Shown: positions 21,790 to 31,620 of the stretch, one piece after another
How the letters are laid out: each line of letters starts with the position of its first letter
Position numbering within the stretch: position 1 is the first letter of the stretch
Assembly: GCF_000698785.1 (NCBI RefSeq)
Contig: NZ_CP007536.1
Location: forward strand, 1,800,001 to 1,832,000
DNA from: Nitrososphaera viennensis EN76
GTDB taxonomy: Archaea; Thermoproteota; Nitrososphaeria; Nitrososphaerales; Nitrososphaeraceae
Reading direction: 5' to 3'
DNA: 32,000 bases
Program-made: the position numbers and the translations under genes
Notes under the pieces: model-generated
Databases searched by the model: none
Seen by the model: the letters and a program-made list of their open reading frames with translations, nothing else
What the model was told of the DNA's origin: nothing

Positions 21790-23964
21790 ATGGCAAAAAA
21801 TGGTGGCAAGAACGCTAACAGAATTACGTTAAAAGTGGCCGAAACAAACCCCAAGTTTGTCGGCAGAGGGATGGCTCTAGTTGATCCAAGAATCATGGAG
21901 GAGCTAAACCTGTCTGCTGGAGACGTCTTGGAAATTAATTTCAAGGGCAAGAAAAGTTACGCGCTTCTCTGGTCGAGTCAGCGAGAAGATTATGATAAGA
22001 AGCTTATCAGGATAGACGGGTATACCCGCAATAACATCGGAGTTGGAATCGACGATAGTGTTATCGTCCAAAAAGTTAATGTGAAAAAAGCAGAGCAAGT
22101 TATCCTGGCCCCGACAGAAGAGCTCAACATCGTAGGTCTCGAAGAACACTTGCCGGAGCTGCTGGAAGGTCGCGTGGTCGGAAAAGGCGATGTAATCCCG
22201 CTCAACATAATGGGCAGAAGAATCGGCTTTGCCGTTACAGGCACTTCGCCATCGGATGTGGCATCGCTAATCGACAGCAATACCGAATTTGTAATTGGCT
22301 CTGTACCAAAATCCGCAGGCAAGGGAGTCTCAAGGGTAGCTTATGAGGACATTGGCGGCTTGAAAAACGAAGTGCAAAAAGTCAGGGAGATGATAGAGCT
22401 GCCCCTTCGGCATCCTGAAATATTTGAGCGCATTGGAATTGAGGCTCCTAAAGGCATACTTCTTCACGGCCCTCCTGGGACTGGCAAGACGCTCCTTGCC
22501 AAGGCAGTCGCAAATGAAACAAATGCCAACTTTTACTCGATAGGCGGCCCGGAGATAATGAGCAAATTCTACGGGGAGAGCGAAGAAAGGCTAAGAGAAA
22601 TCTTTAGGGAAGCTGAAGAAAATGCGCCGTCAATAATATTCATTGACGAAATCGACTCGATAGCTCCGAAAAGAGAAGAGGTCAGTGGTGACGTTGAAAA
22701 AAGAGTGGTATCGCAGCTTTTGACCTTGATGGATGGAATAAAGTCCAGGGGCAAGCTCGTAGTGATTGGCGCGACCAACCGGCCTAATGCCATCGATCCT
22801 GCCCTTAGACGCCCGGGCAGGTTCGACAGGGAAATAGAGATAGGGATACCGGATGAACAAGGCCGGCTTGACATACTCATGATCCATACAAGGGGGATGC
22901 CCTTGACACAAGACGTTGACCTTGCGTCAATAGCCAAGGTTACTCATGGGTTTGTCGGCGCCGACTTGGAGGCATTGAGCAAGGAAGCCGCCATGCGCTC
23001 GCTTAGAAGGATACTGCCAGAGATTAACCTGGAACAGCCAAACATACCTGCCGAAATATTGAACAAGATCAAAGTCACAAAGCAGGACTTTGACGAGGCG
23101 CTGAGGGATATCCAGCCTTCTGCAATGCGCGAGGTGCTGGTGCAAAAGTCAAATGTAAAGTGGGAAGACATTGGGGGCCTGCAACAAGTAAAGGAGGAAT
23201 TGGCAGAAGCAATAGAATGGCCACTCAAGCATGGCGACCTATTTGCACAAGCAGACGTCCGACCGCCCAAAGGCATACTACTCCATGGTCCACCTGGCAC
23301 TGGCAAGACAATGATAGCCAAGGCGGTGGCAGCAACATCAGAAGCAAACTTCATCAGCATAAAAGGGCCGGAGTTGATAAGCAAGTGGGTCGGCGAGTCA
23401 GAAAAAGGTGTAAGGGAAGTTTTCAGAAAGGCCCGGCAGGCAGCACCGTGCGTCGTGTTCTTTGACGAGTTGGATGCAATAGCGCCGCGCAGAGGCTCTG
23501 AAGGCGATGCGCATGTGACAGAGCGGGTAATAAGCCAGATGCTGACAGAGATGGACGGCTTGGAAGACCTGAAGGGCGTGGTAGTGATAGGCGCGACCAA
23601 CCGGCCGGATATCATTGACGAGGCGCTCCTTCGCCCCGGAAGATTTGACAGGATACTTGAAGTGCCAGTACCGGACAAGGAAGCAAGGAAGCAGATACTG
23701 CAGATCCATACAAGGAAAAAACCCCTTGCTTCAGATGTTGACCTGGACAAGATGGTCGAAATGACAGAGGGCATGACTGGTGCAGATATTGCAGCTTTGG
23801 TGAACGCAGCGGCGATGACTGCTATCAAGGAGCATGTCAACCTAAGTGGTGGCGGCAAACTGGAAGTGTCGATGAGACACTTTGAAGCAGCCCTGGACAA
23901 GATCAAGCCAAGAGAGAGGGGCTCGGGCAAAAAGACAAGAGAAGATCCCGAAGAGATCTCTTGA
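21790..23964 (+). CDS. cdc48: CDC48/VCP-type double-AAA+ ATPase
   Basis: 724 aa. N-terminal CDC48-N-like domain. Two Walker A motifs (GPPGTGKT), two Walker B motifs ([16 protein letters not shown]) and SRH regions (GATNRP). Confidence 0.95.
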   Translation: MAKNGGKNANRITLKVAETNPKFVGRGMALVDPRIMEELNLSAGDVLEINFKGKKSYALLWSSQREDYDKKLIRIDGYTRNNIGVGIDDSVIVQKVNVKKAEQVILAPTEELNIVGLEEHLPELLEGRVVGKGDVIPLNIMGRRIGFAVTGTSPSDVASLIDSNTEFVIGSVPKSAGKGVSRVAYEDIGGLKNEVQKVREMIELPLRHPEIFERIGIEAPKGILLHGPPGTGKTLLAKAVANETNANFYSIGGPEIMSKFYGESEERLREIFREAEENAPSIIFIDEIDSIAPKREEVSGDVEKRVVSQLLTLMDGIKSRGKLVVIGATNRPNAIDPALRRPGRFDREIEIGIPDEQGRLDILMIHTRGMPLTQDVDLASIAKVTHGFVGADLEALSKEAAMRSLRRILPEINLEQPNIPAEILNKIKVTKQDFDEALRDIQPSAMREVLVQKSNVKWEDIGGLQQVKEELAEAIEWPLKHGDLFAQADVRPPKGILLHGPPGTGKTMIAKAVAATSEANFISIKGPELISKWVGESEKGVREVFRKARQAAPCVVFFDELDAIAPRRGSEGDAHVTERVISQMLTEMDGLEDLKGVVVIGATNRPDIIDEALLRPGRFDRILEVPVPDKEARKQILQIHTRKKPLASDVDLDKMVEMTEGMTGADIAALVNAAAMTAIKEHVNLSGGGKLEVSMRHFEAALDKIKPRERGSGKKTREDPEEIS

Positions 23965-24120
23965 GAGAAAGAGAGGCTGGTAGAGAGATACAAATGATAG
24001 TGACAACGACGCCTCTCCCCCTGTTCTTGCCGGTACATGTATCGCTGGAGAAAAATGTGAAAAACATGGAGACTCTGTTGAAGAGTGGGGTTGAAGAGAG
24101 GGGGTCATGAGACGTACAAT

Positions 24121-24369
24121 ATGAGCTGTAAAGGAATTTGCGTTCGATACAAGGCCCCAAAGCCTCCGTCACACGTTGGCGGGCGTTATGGTGTTGGACA
24201 GAAGAGGTGTCAGGTATGCGGCTTGTTCATAGAATGGGACGATTTTCGGTGCCCTTGTTGCCACTACCGACTAAGAATCAAGCCGCATAATCCTAAATCA
24301 AAACAAAGAATAATGAGGCTTCTGTCGAAAAAAAGCAAGGCGAACAAAACGAACAAAATGTTGCATTGA
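24121..24369 (+). CDS. Small zinc-ribbon protein with a basic tail
   Basis: MSCKGICVRYKA...RCQVCGLFIEWDDFRCPCCHYRLR contains CxxC and CxCC pairs. The C-terminus is Lys-rich. Confidence 0.55.
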   Translation: MSCKGICVRYKAPKPPSHVGGRYGVGQKRCQVCGLFIEWDDFRCPCCHYRLRIKPHNPKSKQRIMRLLSKKSKANKTNKMLH

Positions 24370-24400
24370 ACACGATGTCGGGCTCTCTGCATGTTGGTGA

Positions 24401-24947
24401 AAAGAGAGAAAGCAAAAGGGTTCAAGGAACAGAGAAAAGGCAAGAATTGCTCTGGCCAAAGCATGGCGACAGGTGAGAAGGTGCAGAGACGACTTTGTGC
24501 ACAAGACATCAAAGATGCTTGCAGATGAAGGCTATACTATTGTAGCATTCGAGAAACTCAATATCGCTAACATCATGGTCAAGAACCATTTCTTGGCACA
24601 AGCAATAATGGATGTCACTTGGGGAAAGCTGCTTCAGTATACATACTGCCTACAAGGTAGAGAGGCGTGGCGGACAGGTTATTACTGTCAACCCAAAGGG
24701 TACATCGCAGAAAAGCTCAAGGTGTGGGGTGGTTGCGGAAGAAAAGCTTGACCTGTCAGTACGCACGTTTGAATGTCACAGCTGCGGTCTGGTCATCCAC
24801 AGAGACCTGAACGCGGCGCGCAACATCGAAAAACTGGGTCTGGAACAGGCCCGTACAGAGACAGAGCCTCTACTTGTCCGACATCGACAACGGATAAGGA
24901 AGTTTCAGTCGAGGAAGCAAGAAGTCCACGTCTTAAGACGTGGGTAG
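24401..24947 (+). pseudogene. tnpB: 3' remnant of an IS200/IS605-family tnpB (OrfB/IS1341-type), frameshifted
   Basis: The frame open from 24401 reads KGSRNREKARIALAKAWRQVRRCRDDFVHKTSKMLADEGYTIVAFEKLN (RuvC-II region). After a frameshift near 24640 it reads YKVERRGGQVITVNPKGTSQKSSRCG...CHSCGLVIHRDLNAARNI (zinc finger and RuvC-III). About the N-terminal 60% is missing. Confidence 0.8.
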
Positions 24948-25134
24948 TTCACTTCTAGACTAAAGTTAACCTATCCTTTGGCATCAATCTTTGACTACCA
25001 CCAGATTCAGACGGCATCAGCGTTCCAGACCAAGAATGGAACGACTACGCTCGACCATTGTCGATATCATATCGTTCCAAGATTCATGCCAAAGGATAGA
25101 TTGACTTTAAGATACCCTTCAGAGCTCTGTACGC

Positions 25135-25338
25135 GTGGTACCCAAAGTTTCCGATCAAGAGCCGCAGCAGCAACCAGATGTGTTTGACATAAGCCCCGAG
25201 TTCATAGAAGAAGAGAGGAACAAAAAGTTAGGTCTGAGCAAACCCGGGAAGAAAAACTCGAAATATACAAAGTCTGAAAGGTCGAGGAGGAGAAACCATG
25301 TCTACCGCCTGTACTTTGAGCAGGGATGCCCGCAATAA
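25135..25338 (+). CDS. N-terminal part of an HTH protein (apparently split from the next ORF)
   Basis: 67 aa with a GTG start. It ends HVYRLYFEQG, which looks like helix 1 of an HTH that continues in the next ORF in the -1 frame. Confidence 0.4.
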   Translation: MVPKVSDQEPQQQPDVFDISPEFIEEERNKKLGLSKPGKKNSKYTKSERSRRRNHVYRLYFEQGCPQ

Positions 25339-25754
25339 CCATTGCAGAGATGCTGAGTGTTGAAAAGAATATCATAGACAACGACATACAGCTGCTGTAC
25401 CGCGAACTTGGCAAAGAATGGAAGCGTATCGACTTTGACGAATATATCTTCAGGCAGATAATCAAGCTAGACACACAACGCGGCAGGCTGGCATCATATC
25501 TGGACAAGGCAGATGACGTGGATAAGAAGCTGGCCATAGAGCGGATGATAGCCAACATAGACTTCAAGATTGTGACTATGGTGACGAAGGCAGAGCAGCT
25601 GCCTGCCGCTTTCTGGAATGCGGTCTACAGCGAGATGAACAAGGTAGCCAAGGAAAAGAAGCTCGACTGGCGGTTTACAACACTTTGGGAAGGGGTAAAG
25701 GTATCAAGAAAGGCCAGGAATAAGATGGATGAAGTGCTCAGGGCTGAATCTTGA
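25326..25754 (+). CDS. Hypothetical protein starting with the rest of an HTH motif
   Basis: 142 aa. The N-terminus MPAITIAEMLSVEKNIIDNDIQLL looks like helices 2-3 of an HTH. It overlaps the previous ORF by 13 nt. Confidence 0.5.
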   Translation: MPAITIAEMLSVEKNIIDNDIQLLYRELGKEWKRIDFDEYIFRQIIKLDTQRGRLASYLDKADDVDKKLAIERMIANIDFKIVTMVTKAEQLPAAFWNAVYSEMNKVAKEKKLDWRFTTLWEGVKVSRKARNKMDEVLRAES

Positions 25755-25770
25755 ACCCGGATGCACCGTT

Positions 25771-25995
25771 TTGAAAGGCTACGGTAAAGATGGGAGGTGC
25801 GCAAATAAACAACACCGAATTGCAATTCCAGAAGGGTTAGCTACCAGATTTTGCAACGGCGATATATATACACACATGGTATTATCTGATGAAAAGTTGA
25901 CGTTAGGTACAAGCAACCAAGAGTCATTTTCTGGCATAATCGTCTTCAATTCTTATGATGTCAGCCTCGTCAAAGTCTCCCTTGGAAATCTCTAG
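25771..25995 (+). CDS. Possible AbrB/SpoVT-like small protein (weak)
   Basis: Part of track ORF 25729-25995. HRIAIPEGLATRFCNGDIYTHMVLSDEKLTL fits the SpoVT/AbrB pattern. The start is uncertain (ATG 25729 or TTG 25771). The tail overlaps the cupin gene on the opposite strand by 72 nt. Confidence 0.25.
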   Translation: MKGYGKDGRCANKQHRIAIPEGLATRFCNGDIYTHMVLSDEKLTLGTSNQESFSGIIVFNSYDVSLVKVSLGNL

Positions 25996-26262
25996 TATTA
26001 CAGCGTCGGTGCCTGCGCCCTCAAGCCTGTGTATTGTACCTTTTGGTATCGTGATGGACTCTCCTGTCTGCAGCAGTCTTTTCTCTTTGCCTATCTGCAC
26101 TCTTACCGGGCCCTTGACTACCTTCCAGAATTCCGAGCGGTTATTGTGGTATTGGAGGCTGAGGCGCTTGTCGCCGTCAACATAGACAAGCTTGACCGTG
26201 CAAGGCTCGTTAAGTGTAAAGCGTTCAAAGTGGCCCCAGGGGCGCTTCTCTGTATTTTCCAT
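25924..26262 (-). CDS. Cupin-domain protein, type II phosphomannose-isomerase-like
   Basis: 112 aa. Motifs RPWGHFERF, LSLQYHNNRSEFWKVVKG, IPKGTIHRLEGAG and DIIRIEDDY. Confidence 0.85.
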   Translation of the reverse strand: MENTEKRPWGHFERFTLNEPCTVKLVYVDGDKRLSLQYHNNRSEFWKVVKGPVRVQIGKEKRLLQTGESITIPKGTIHRLEGAGTDAVILEISKGDFDEADIIRIEDDYARK

Positions 26263-26439
26263 CTGCTTATTGTGGAATATTAGATACTATATAAAAGCAA
26301 GATGCCAAAGTCCGTGATCACTATGGAAATCCCTAATTTCTGATTTGGACTAAAGTGAATATTGGCTAGGGTCTGCTATTATATATAATACAATTGAGCC
26401 TGAATGACTTATTCTATAAATATATTCTCAAATTTTGAG

Positions 26440-27438
26440 ATGGAGAATTATGATGGTAAATGTTTTAGTATAGCTATACTCTGCGTAGAGACATTGAATA
26501 ACATTCTAGTAACAGGTGCTGCAGGATTTGTAGGTAAGCATCTTGTCACAAGACTTGCTTTGCGCAAGTATAAGGTAGTTATCGTAGATGTTGCAGATGC
26601 CAAGATTTTTGGCGAGAATATTGTGGCCTACAAGCAAGATATCCGGAATACCGAAGCTATTCAAGAAATCGTTAAACAAGAAGAGGTTGACACATGCGTG
26701 CATCTTGCTGCAAAAGTGAGCGTAGCAGACTCAGTGATAAACCCTAACGAAACTATCGATGTCAATATAAGAGGGACTGTTTCTGTGCTTGAAGCTTGCG
26801 CTCGCAATGGAGTAGGTAATTTTGTTTTCGCGTCCTCTGCTGCGGTCTATGGAAATCCTCTGTCACTTCCTGTCAATGAAAATGATACCCTGAAACCTCT
26901 TTCGCCTTATGGCATAAGCAAGGCTGATGGAGAGAGAATCGTGATGGATTACAAGATTCGTGGCATGATCAAGAAGGCTGTTTCTCTACGTTTCTTTAAC
27001 ATTTATGGAGAAGGTCAGAATCCAGAGTACGCTGGAGTAATTACAAAGTTCGCAGAAAGGTTGTCGGCAGGATTGGCCCCAACAATTTATGGAAATGGAA
27101 GTCAAACCAGAGACTTTATTTCCGTTCAGGATGTGGCAAGAGCAATAATCCTTGCGGCAGAATCTGAAATCTCTGGCACTTTTAATGTTGGAACGGGAAA
27201 GGCAATTTCTATTAATGAATTAGCCGAGAGAATGACAAGAATATTTGGATTGGATCTAAAGCCCATATACCTTGAAGCCAAGAAGGGCGATATTCTGCAT
27301 AGCTGCGCTGACATGACAAATATCAGAGGATGTTTGGGTTTTGAAACAGTTGACGGCCTTGACGCTGGACTAATGCATATGTTCAACGAAATGCTTCCTA
27401 AAAAAAGCCCAGCTAACATTGGCGGAATTTCAAGATAG
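26440..27438 (+). CDS. NAD-dependent sugar epimerase/dehydratase (GalE-like SDR)
   Basis: Rossmann motif ILVTGAAGFVG and catalytic YGISK (YxxxK). The ORF is open from 26404. The start may be ATG 26440 or TTG 26494, the latter giving the typical short N-terminus. Confidence 0.9.
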   Translation: MENYDGKCFSIAILCVETLNNILVTGAAGFVGKHLVTRLALRKYKVVIVDVADAKIFGENIVAYKQDIRNTEAIQEIVKQEEVDTCVHLAAKVSVADSVINPNETIDVNIRGTVSVLEACARNGVGNFVFASSAAVYGNPLSLPVNENDTLKPLSPYGISKADGERIVMDYKIRGMIKKAVSLRFFNIYGEGQNPEYAGVITKFAERLSAGLAPTIYGNGSQTRDFISVQDVARAIILAAESEISGTFNVGTGKAISINELAERMTRIFGLDLKPIYLEAKKGDILHSCADMTNIRGCLGFETVDGLDAGLMHMFNEMLPKKSPANIGGISR

Positions 27439-27545
27439 TTTCGGAATGATGACTATATTGCATAATCGTATGGATCTAAATGTTTTCTCCTATCCTAAGT
27501 AACATCCTTAAAAGAGACGTATTTTTCTTATAAACCAGAACTGGA

Positions 27546-29432
27546 TTGGATAGTGGAGCTGTTGTCCGTCCTTACCTTGAAAGAATTCTTGGTATTGGCT
27601 CATCACGATCATCTGTTATAGCTTCTTTGAGCTTATCCATTCTAGGCATATTCTACATCTATACTGTGGGGACATTTTTTCAGATAGGAATATATCCTTT
27701 AGTTGACAGAGTAACTTACTATAGTAATTTCAATTTCTATATTATAAATGAATTCGTGGATCATGTTATAATAGGCGCACTTCTAATTGTGTGGCTACTA
27801 ATTTCAATAAATTCGAAGATTGGTCGATTGCTAACAGGAATTCTGGCTATTCTCCTCATAATCGTATCTGTCTTCAATTTTAGATCTGTATTAGAAGGAT
27901 TGTCGCTGATATCCTTCCCCACAATCGTTTTCTTCTTAATGTTTGTCAAATTTTTTTCTGGCAAATGGCCAGCAAGCTTCAGACCTTCCCTTATAGTCAA
28001 CTACATTTCAATTGTGGGCCTGATCGTGGGACTATTGGGGCTCACATCTGCCATCTTACATGTTGCTCCGTCTAATATATTAGAATCGAATAATTATTCT
28101 TATGTTATCTTTCTTCTTTTTTCAAGCTTCTCTCCAATTCTAATGCTCTTACTGATAATGTCATTTCCAATTAAGCTATTGATGAACTTCGTTTCGAGTT
28201 CTCTAAGATATAATAAAACTTTTACACCAAAGAATTATGATACTTTAAGCACAACCAAGAAGTTTGTCTGTATTGCGATCTGCATGATATTATCTGTGAT
28301 CATTGTTGCTATTCCCCATTTTCCCTCTTTGAACAAGGATAATCAGCTAATTGGTGTAGATACACTAAACTATTCTATTGTCACAGGCGAATTGGCGAGG
28401 ACACAGTCCATCGAAGATTTCCTAAATCAAGCCTTTGTCAAAGTTAACGATGGAGATCGACCTCTGTCGCTTATTTTGATTTTTAGTTTTCAACATGTTT
28501 TCCATGAGAATGAAGATGATCTTATATTTACGATCGAATATCTTCCATTGCTACTTGGACCTATATTAGTACTAGTGATTTTCTTTCTGACGAGAGAACT
28601 TACAAAAGATGATGTTATTTCTATATTTGCGTCATTTGTTACGGCGATATCTTATCATGTATTAATTGGAACATATGCCGGCTTTTATGCAAATTGGTTT
28701 GCCCTGATTTTTGGTTACACGTCATTTATTTTTCTTTTGAGATATTTAAGTAGTGGAAAAAAAGTGAACTTGTTCCTATTCAGCATTCTTGTTTTACTAA
28801 CATTACTCGGTCACGTCTATACTTGGAGTATTTTCGTTATTGTCATGGGGATTTTCTTAAGCGTGTCTCTAGTTCAGTATTATATCCGTCGCAATAATAG
28901 ATATCACCTAAAAGGCGAAAAGAAAGGTGCAATTGTACTTCTTGCCGTGCTCATGTGTACCGTTGCTATTGATATAGGAAGAACAAGCCTGACTGGCTCT
29001 TCGAGTGGTATTGAAAAAGATCTAGAGCTTGGTAATAGCAGAGCTAGCATTGATCAATTTAGTTTACGATGGAACAATCTACAATATACTACAACAACAT
29101 ACGTAGGAGGCATTTTCGCTAACTGTATTATTCTTGGGTTGGGACTATATTGGATGCTCACATCAAGAATGGAATCTAATCAGGAAGTTCTTATGATTAT
29201 CTTCTTATCAATGGGAATCCTGCCTTTCTTGTTCGGTCAATGGGTCATACAATCGCGGGTTTTATTTGATATTCCTTTTCAGATTCCAGCTGCCGTTGCC
29301 CTTGCCAAAATTTATAGGAATCCATCACAAGGGAAAATGAAATTTGTTACCATTTCAATATGGCTTGTGGTGATAGCAATAGTTACAGTCTCAAATTTCT
29401 ATTTAACCCTTCCTTCAACGTCCCCCTCTTGA
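27546..29432 (+). CDS. Large polytopic membrane protein, possibly a GT-C-type glycosyltransferase or glycan polymerase
   Basis: 628 aa with a TTG start and more than 12 hydrophobic segments with loops. It lies inside the glycan gene cluster. The family was not determined. Confidence 0.6.
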   Translation: MDSGAVVRPYLERILGIGSSRSSVIASLSLSILGIFYIYTVGTFFQIGIYPLVDRVTYYSNFNFYIINEFVDHVIIGALLIVWLLISINSKIGRLLTGILAILLIIVSVFNFRSVLEGLSLISFPTIVFFLMFVKFFSGKWPASFRPSLIVNYISIVGLIVGLLGLTSAILHVAPSNILESNNYSYVIFLLFSSFSPILMLLLIMSFPIKLLMNFVSSSLRYNKTFTPKNYDTLSTTKKFVCIAICMILSVIIVAIPHFPSLNKDNQLIGVDTLNYSIVTGELARTQSIEDFLNQAFVKVNDGDRPLSLILIFSFQHVFHENEDDLIFTIEYLPLLLGPILVLVIFFLTRELTKDDVISIFASFVTAISYHVLIGTYAGFYANWFALIFGYTSFIFLLRYLSSGKKVNLFLFSILVLLTLLGHVYTWSIFVIVMGIFLSVSLVQYYIRRNNRYHLKGEKKGAIVLLAVLMCTVAIDIGRTSLTGSSSGIEKDLELGNSRASIDQFSLRWNNLQYTTTTYVGGIFANCIILGLGLYWMLTSRMESNQEVLMIIFLSMGILPFLFGQWVIQSRVLFDIPFQIPAAVALAKIYRNPSQGKMKFVTISIWLVVIAIVTVSNFYLTLPSTSPS

Positions 29433-29602
29433 ATAAGAACAGTTGCATTCCAACAAATCATTATAGCAAAAACAATACTTCATAATCATCATTAAGATTG
29501 TGAAATATGTTAATCATGCAATGAATATAACATCTCCTATGGCCACCATAGCTCTCAAAGGAGAATTTATTAATACTCTGATCCCACAATCAGGGGACTC
29601 AT

Positions 29603-30154
29603 ATGGTTAGTGAGCGCAGCACGAATTCGCAATTTGTAGTTTGGCTTACAGGGCTACCTGGTTCAGGAAAGACAACCTTAGGAAATAATCTACTCTCAAA
29701 GCTAAAGGAATTAGATGTAAGAACCGAACTATTGGATGGAGATATTGTACGAAAGGAACTTAGTCCTGAGCTAGGTTTTACAAAAGAAGATCGAGAATTA
29801 CATGCAAGACGTGTCATATATCTTAGCAAATTATTATCTCGGAACGGAATTGGTAGTATTGTATCACTAATCTCGCCCTATCGAGAATTGAGGACTTTTG
29901 CAAAAAAGGAAATTGGAATTGGTTTTGTTGAAGTCTATGTAAATTGCTCCTTAGAAATCTGTATCGAAAGGGATCCTAAAGGATTGTATAAGAAAGCGTT
30001 AGAAGGGAAAATTCAGAATCTTACAGGTCTTCAAGATCCATATGAAGAACCTCTAAGTCCCGATCTCATAGTATATACAGCAAAGGAAACGATTGAGGAA
30101 AGCACCAATAAAATACTTGTTAAGTTAAGAGAATCGGGATTCTTAGATAGATGA
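29603..30154 (+). CDS. cysC: Adenylylsulfate (APS) kinase
   Basis: 183 aa. P-loop WLTGLPGSGKTT, plus LDGDIVR, SLISPYRELR and RDPKGLYKKALEGKIQNLTGLQDPYEEP. Confidence 0.9.
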   Translation: MVSERSTNSQFVVWLTGLPGSGKTTLGNNLLSKLKELDVRTELLDGDIVRKELSPELGFTKEDRELHARRVIYLSKLLSRNGIGSIVSLISPYRELRTFAKKEIGIGFVEVYVNCSLEICIERDPKGLYKKALEGKIQNLTGLQDPYEEPLSPDLIVYTAKETIEESTNKILVKLRESGFLDR

Positions 30155-30285
30155 AAATTCATCCAACGCCGCTTCTCTCAAGATGAATCTTACTACTTTA
30201 ATCTGAATCCGGGGATTTTGTATGTTAATACAAATGTATCCATCGTAAATCTTGCCTTTTTAGAATCTCTGACTTTGACGCAAAA

Positions 30286-31491
30286 TCAAATATCTCTTGT
30301 CAATCTCTTGTATAGTGGAATAAGTTCATTCTTTGCCACGTTTTCCCATTTGTATTTTGTACCTATGAGATGAAGAGTGTTTTCATGCATTTCCTTCCAT
30401 AGTGATTCGTTAGATAACAAGTCATCAATACACCGTGCAAAATGCTTGGGATCATCTTTCGAAAGTAGACCGATTTTTTCATCTTCGATCATCTTTGACC
30501 ATCCTCCTATATCATTTGCAATCACAGGTAAGCCGCAAGCCATGTAATCATATAGTTTTAGAGGCGGTCCTAACTGTCTGGTGATATCATCATGTGATGT
30601 TAAGATGCCCAGTTTGGAACGCAATAAGAACCCCAGAACTTCCTGCCGCTTCTTAAACCAAACATAATTGACTTCCTGATCGATTTTCTTCGTAATATTT
30701 TTGACATTCTTGATGGAATCTCCATAGTCTGAAATATAGAATGTCGCGTCTTCTTTTACAAATGGAATACTTCTTGCAAACAAGTCGACATGTTCTCTAT
30801 AATTGACCATTCCTGCGTATACCACATTCCTCTCTCTGATTGTATTATCGACATTAGATACGATAGGTCCACCTGGAGGCACTACAACAATAGGTTTGCT
30901 TGTTATTCGATATTTTTCAACAAAATATTTCTTGAGCTCTTCACTTACAACTGTAACTGCATCAGATAAATCTATTATTTTTTGCTTGACATCGTGCAGA
31001 AATCTGTAAATGTTATCATCTCTCTTGCAGAGGCCTTGGGCAGCTATCTCTTCTGGCCAATCGTTGTGAATGTCGGACACAAGTGGTATGTCATATTTGT
31101 TTGCTAGTGCAGAACAAGCAAGCGCTGCTATGGGCTGGACAGCATGCAGAATATCAAATTCTTGTTTCTGCAGTATCTTTTGCATGCCTCCCTCTATGAT
31201 ACTTGCCATTCTAGTAAAGGAGCCTTCGGAAAGAAAAAGGCCAGAGGTGAGCCGTGAATAGGCCGTCTTGCGTATTAGCTTGTAGGCAGTCGACATCAAT
31301 CCGATCTTGGACATTGAAGAGGGAATGAATTCTACTTTCACATCGGAAACATTTACTAAATCTTCTTCGAAGGGTGTAAGAATAGTGGTTGCAACGCCAA
31401 GTTTGTCTAGATGTCTTGCTATTTCTTGTACTCGTACGAAGGATCCTGGACTACCATAACTCAAATGAGTTACGACAAATGCAATTTTCAT
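30286..31491 (-). CDS. GT-B fold glycosyltransferase (GT4/group 1 family)
   Basis: 401 aa. N-terminal MKIAFVVTH...GS.G. The C-terminal donor-binding region is LKLYDYMACGLPVIANDIGG. Confidence 0.85.
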   Translation of the reverse strand: MKIAFVVTHLSYGSPGSFVRVQEIARHLDKLGVATTILTPFEEDLVNVSDVKVEFIPSSMSKIGLMSTAYKLIRKTAYSRLTSGLFLSEGSFTRMASIIEGGMQKILQKQEFDILHAVQPIAALACSALANKYDIPLVSDIHNDWPEEIAAQGLCKRDDNIYRFLHDVKQKIIDLSDAVTVVSEELKKYFVEKYRITSKPIVVVPPGGPIVSNVDNTIRERNVVYAGMVNYREHVDLFARSIPFVKEDATFYISDYGDSIKNVKNITKKIDQEVNYVWFKKRQEVLGFLLRSKLGILTSHDDITRQLGPPLKLYDYMACGLPVIANDIGGWSKMIEDEKIGLLSKDDPKHFARCIDDLLSNESLWKEMHENTLHLIGTKYKWENVAKNELIPLYKRLTRDI

Positions 31492-31620
31492 CCCATTGAA
31501 TCACATCTCGTATGAGATCTAGTTATAGTTATTAACAATGTAGAGTCTTAATTATAGAGTCTTCTTATAAGTGGTTCTATCATCATAAGTTTGTATGATA
31601 TATGCTGAGTCAATTGAAAG

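Noticed and set aside
21904-24172. Antisense and off-frame ORFs across cdc48, including the 364-aa ORF 22944-24038
   Set aside because: They are shadow ORFs of the CDC48 gene. Their Ser/Leu/Ala-rich composition carries no motifs, and the sense strand has unambiguous double-AAA+ signatures.
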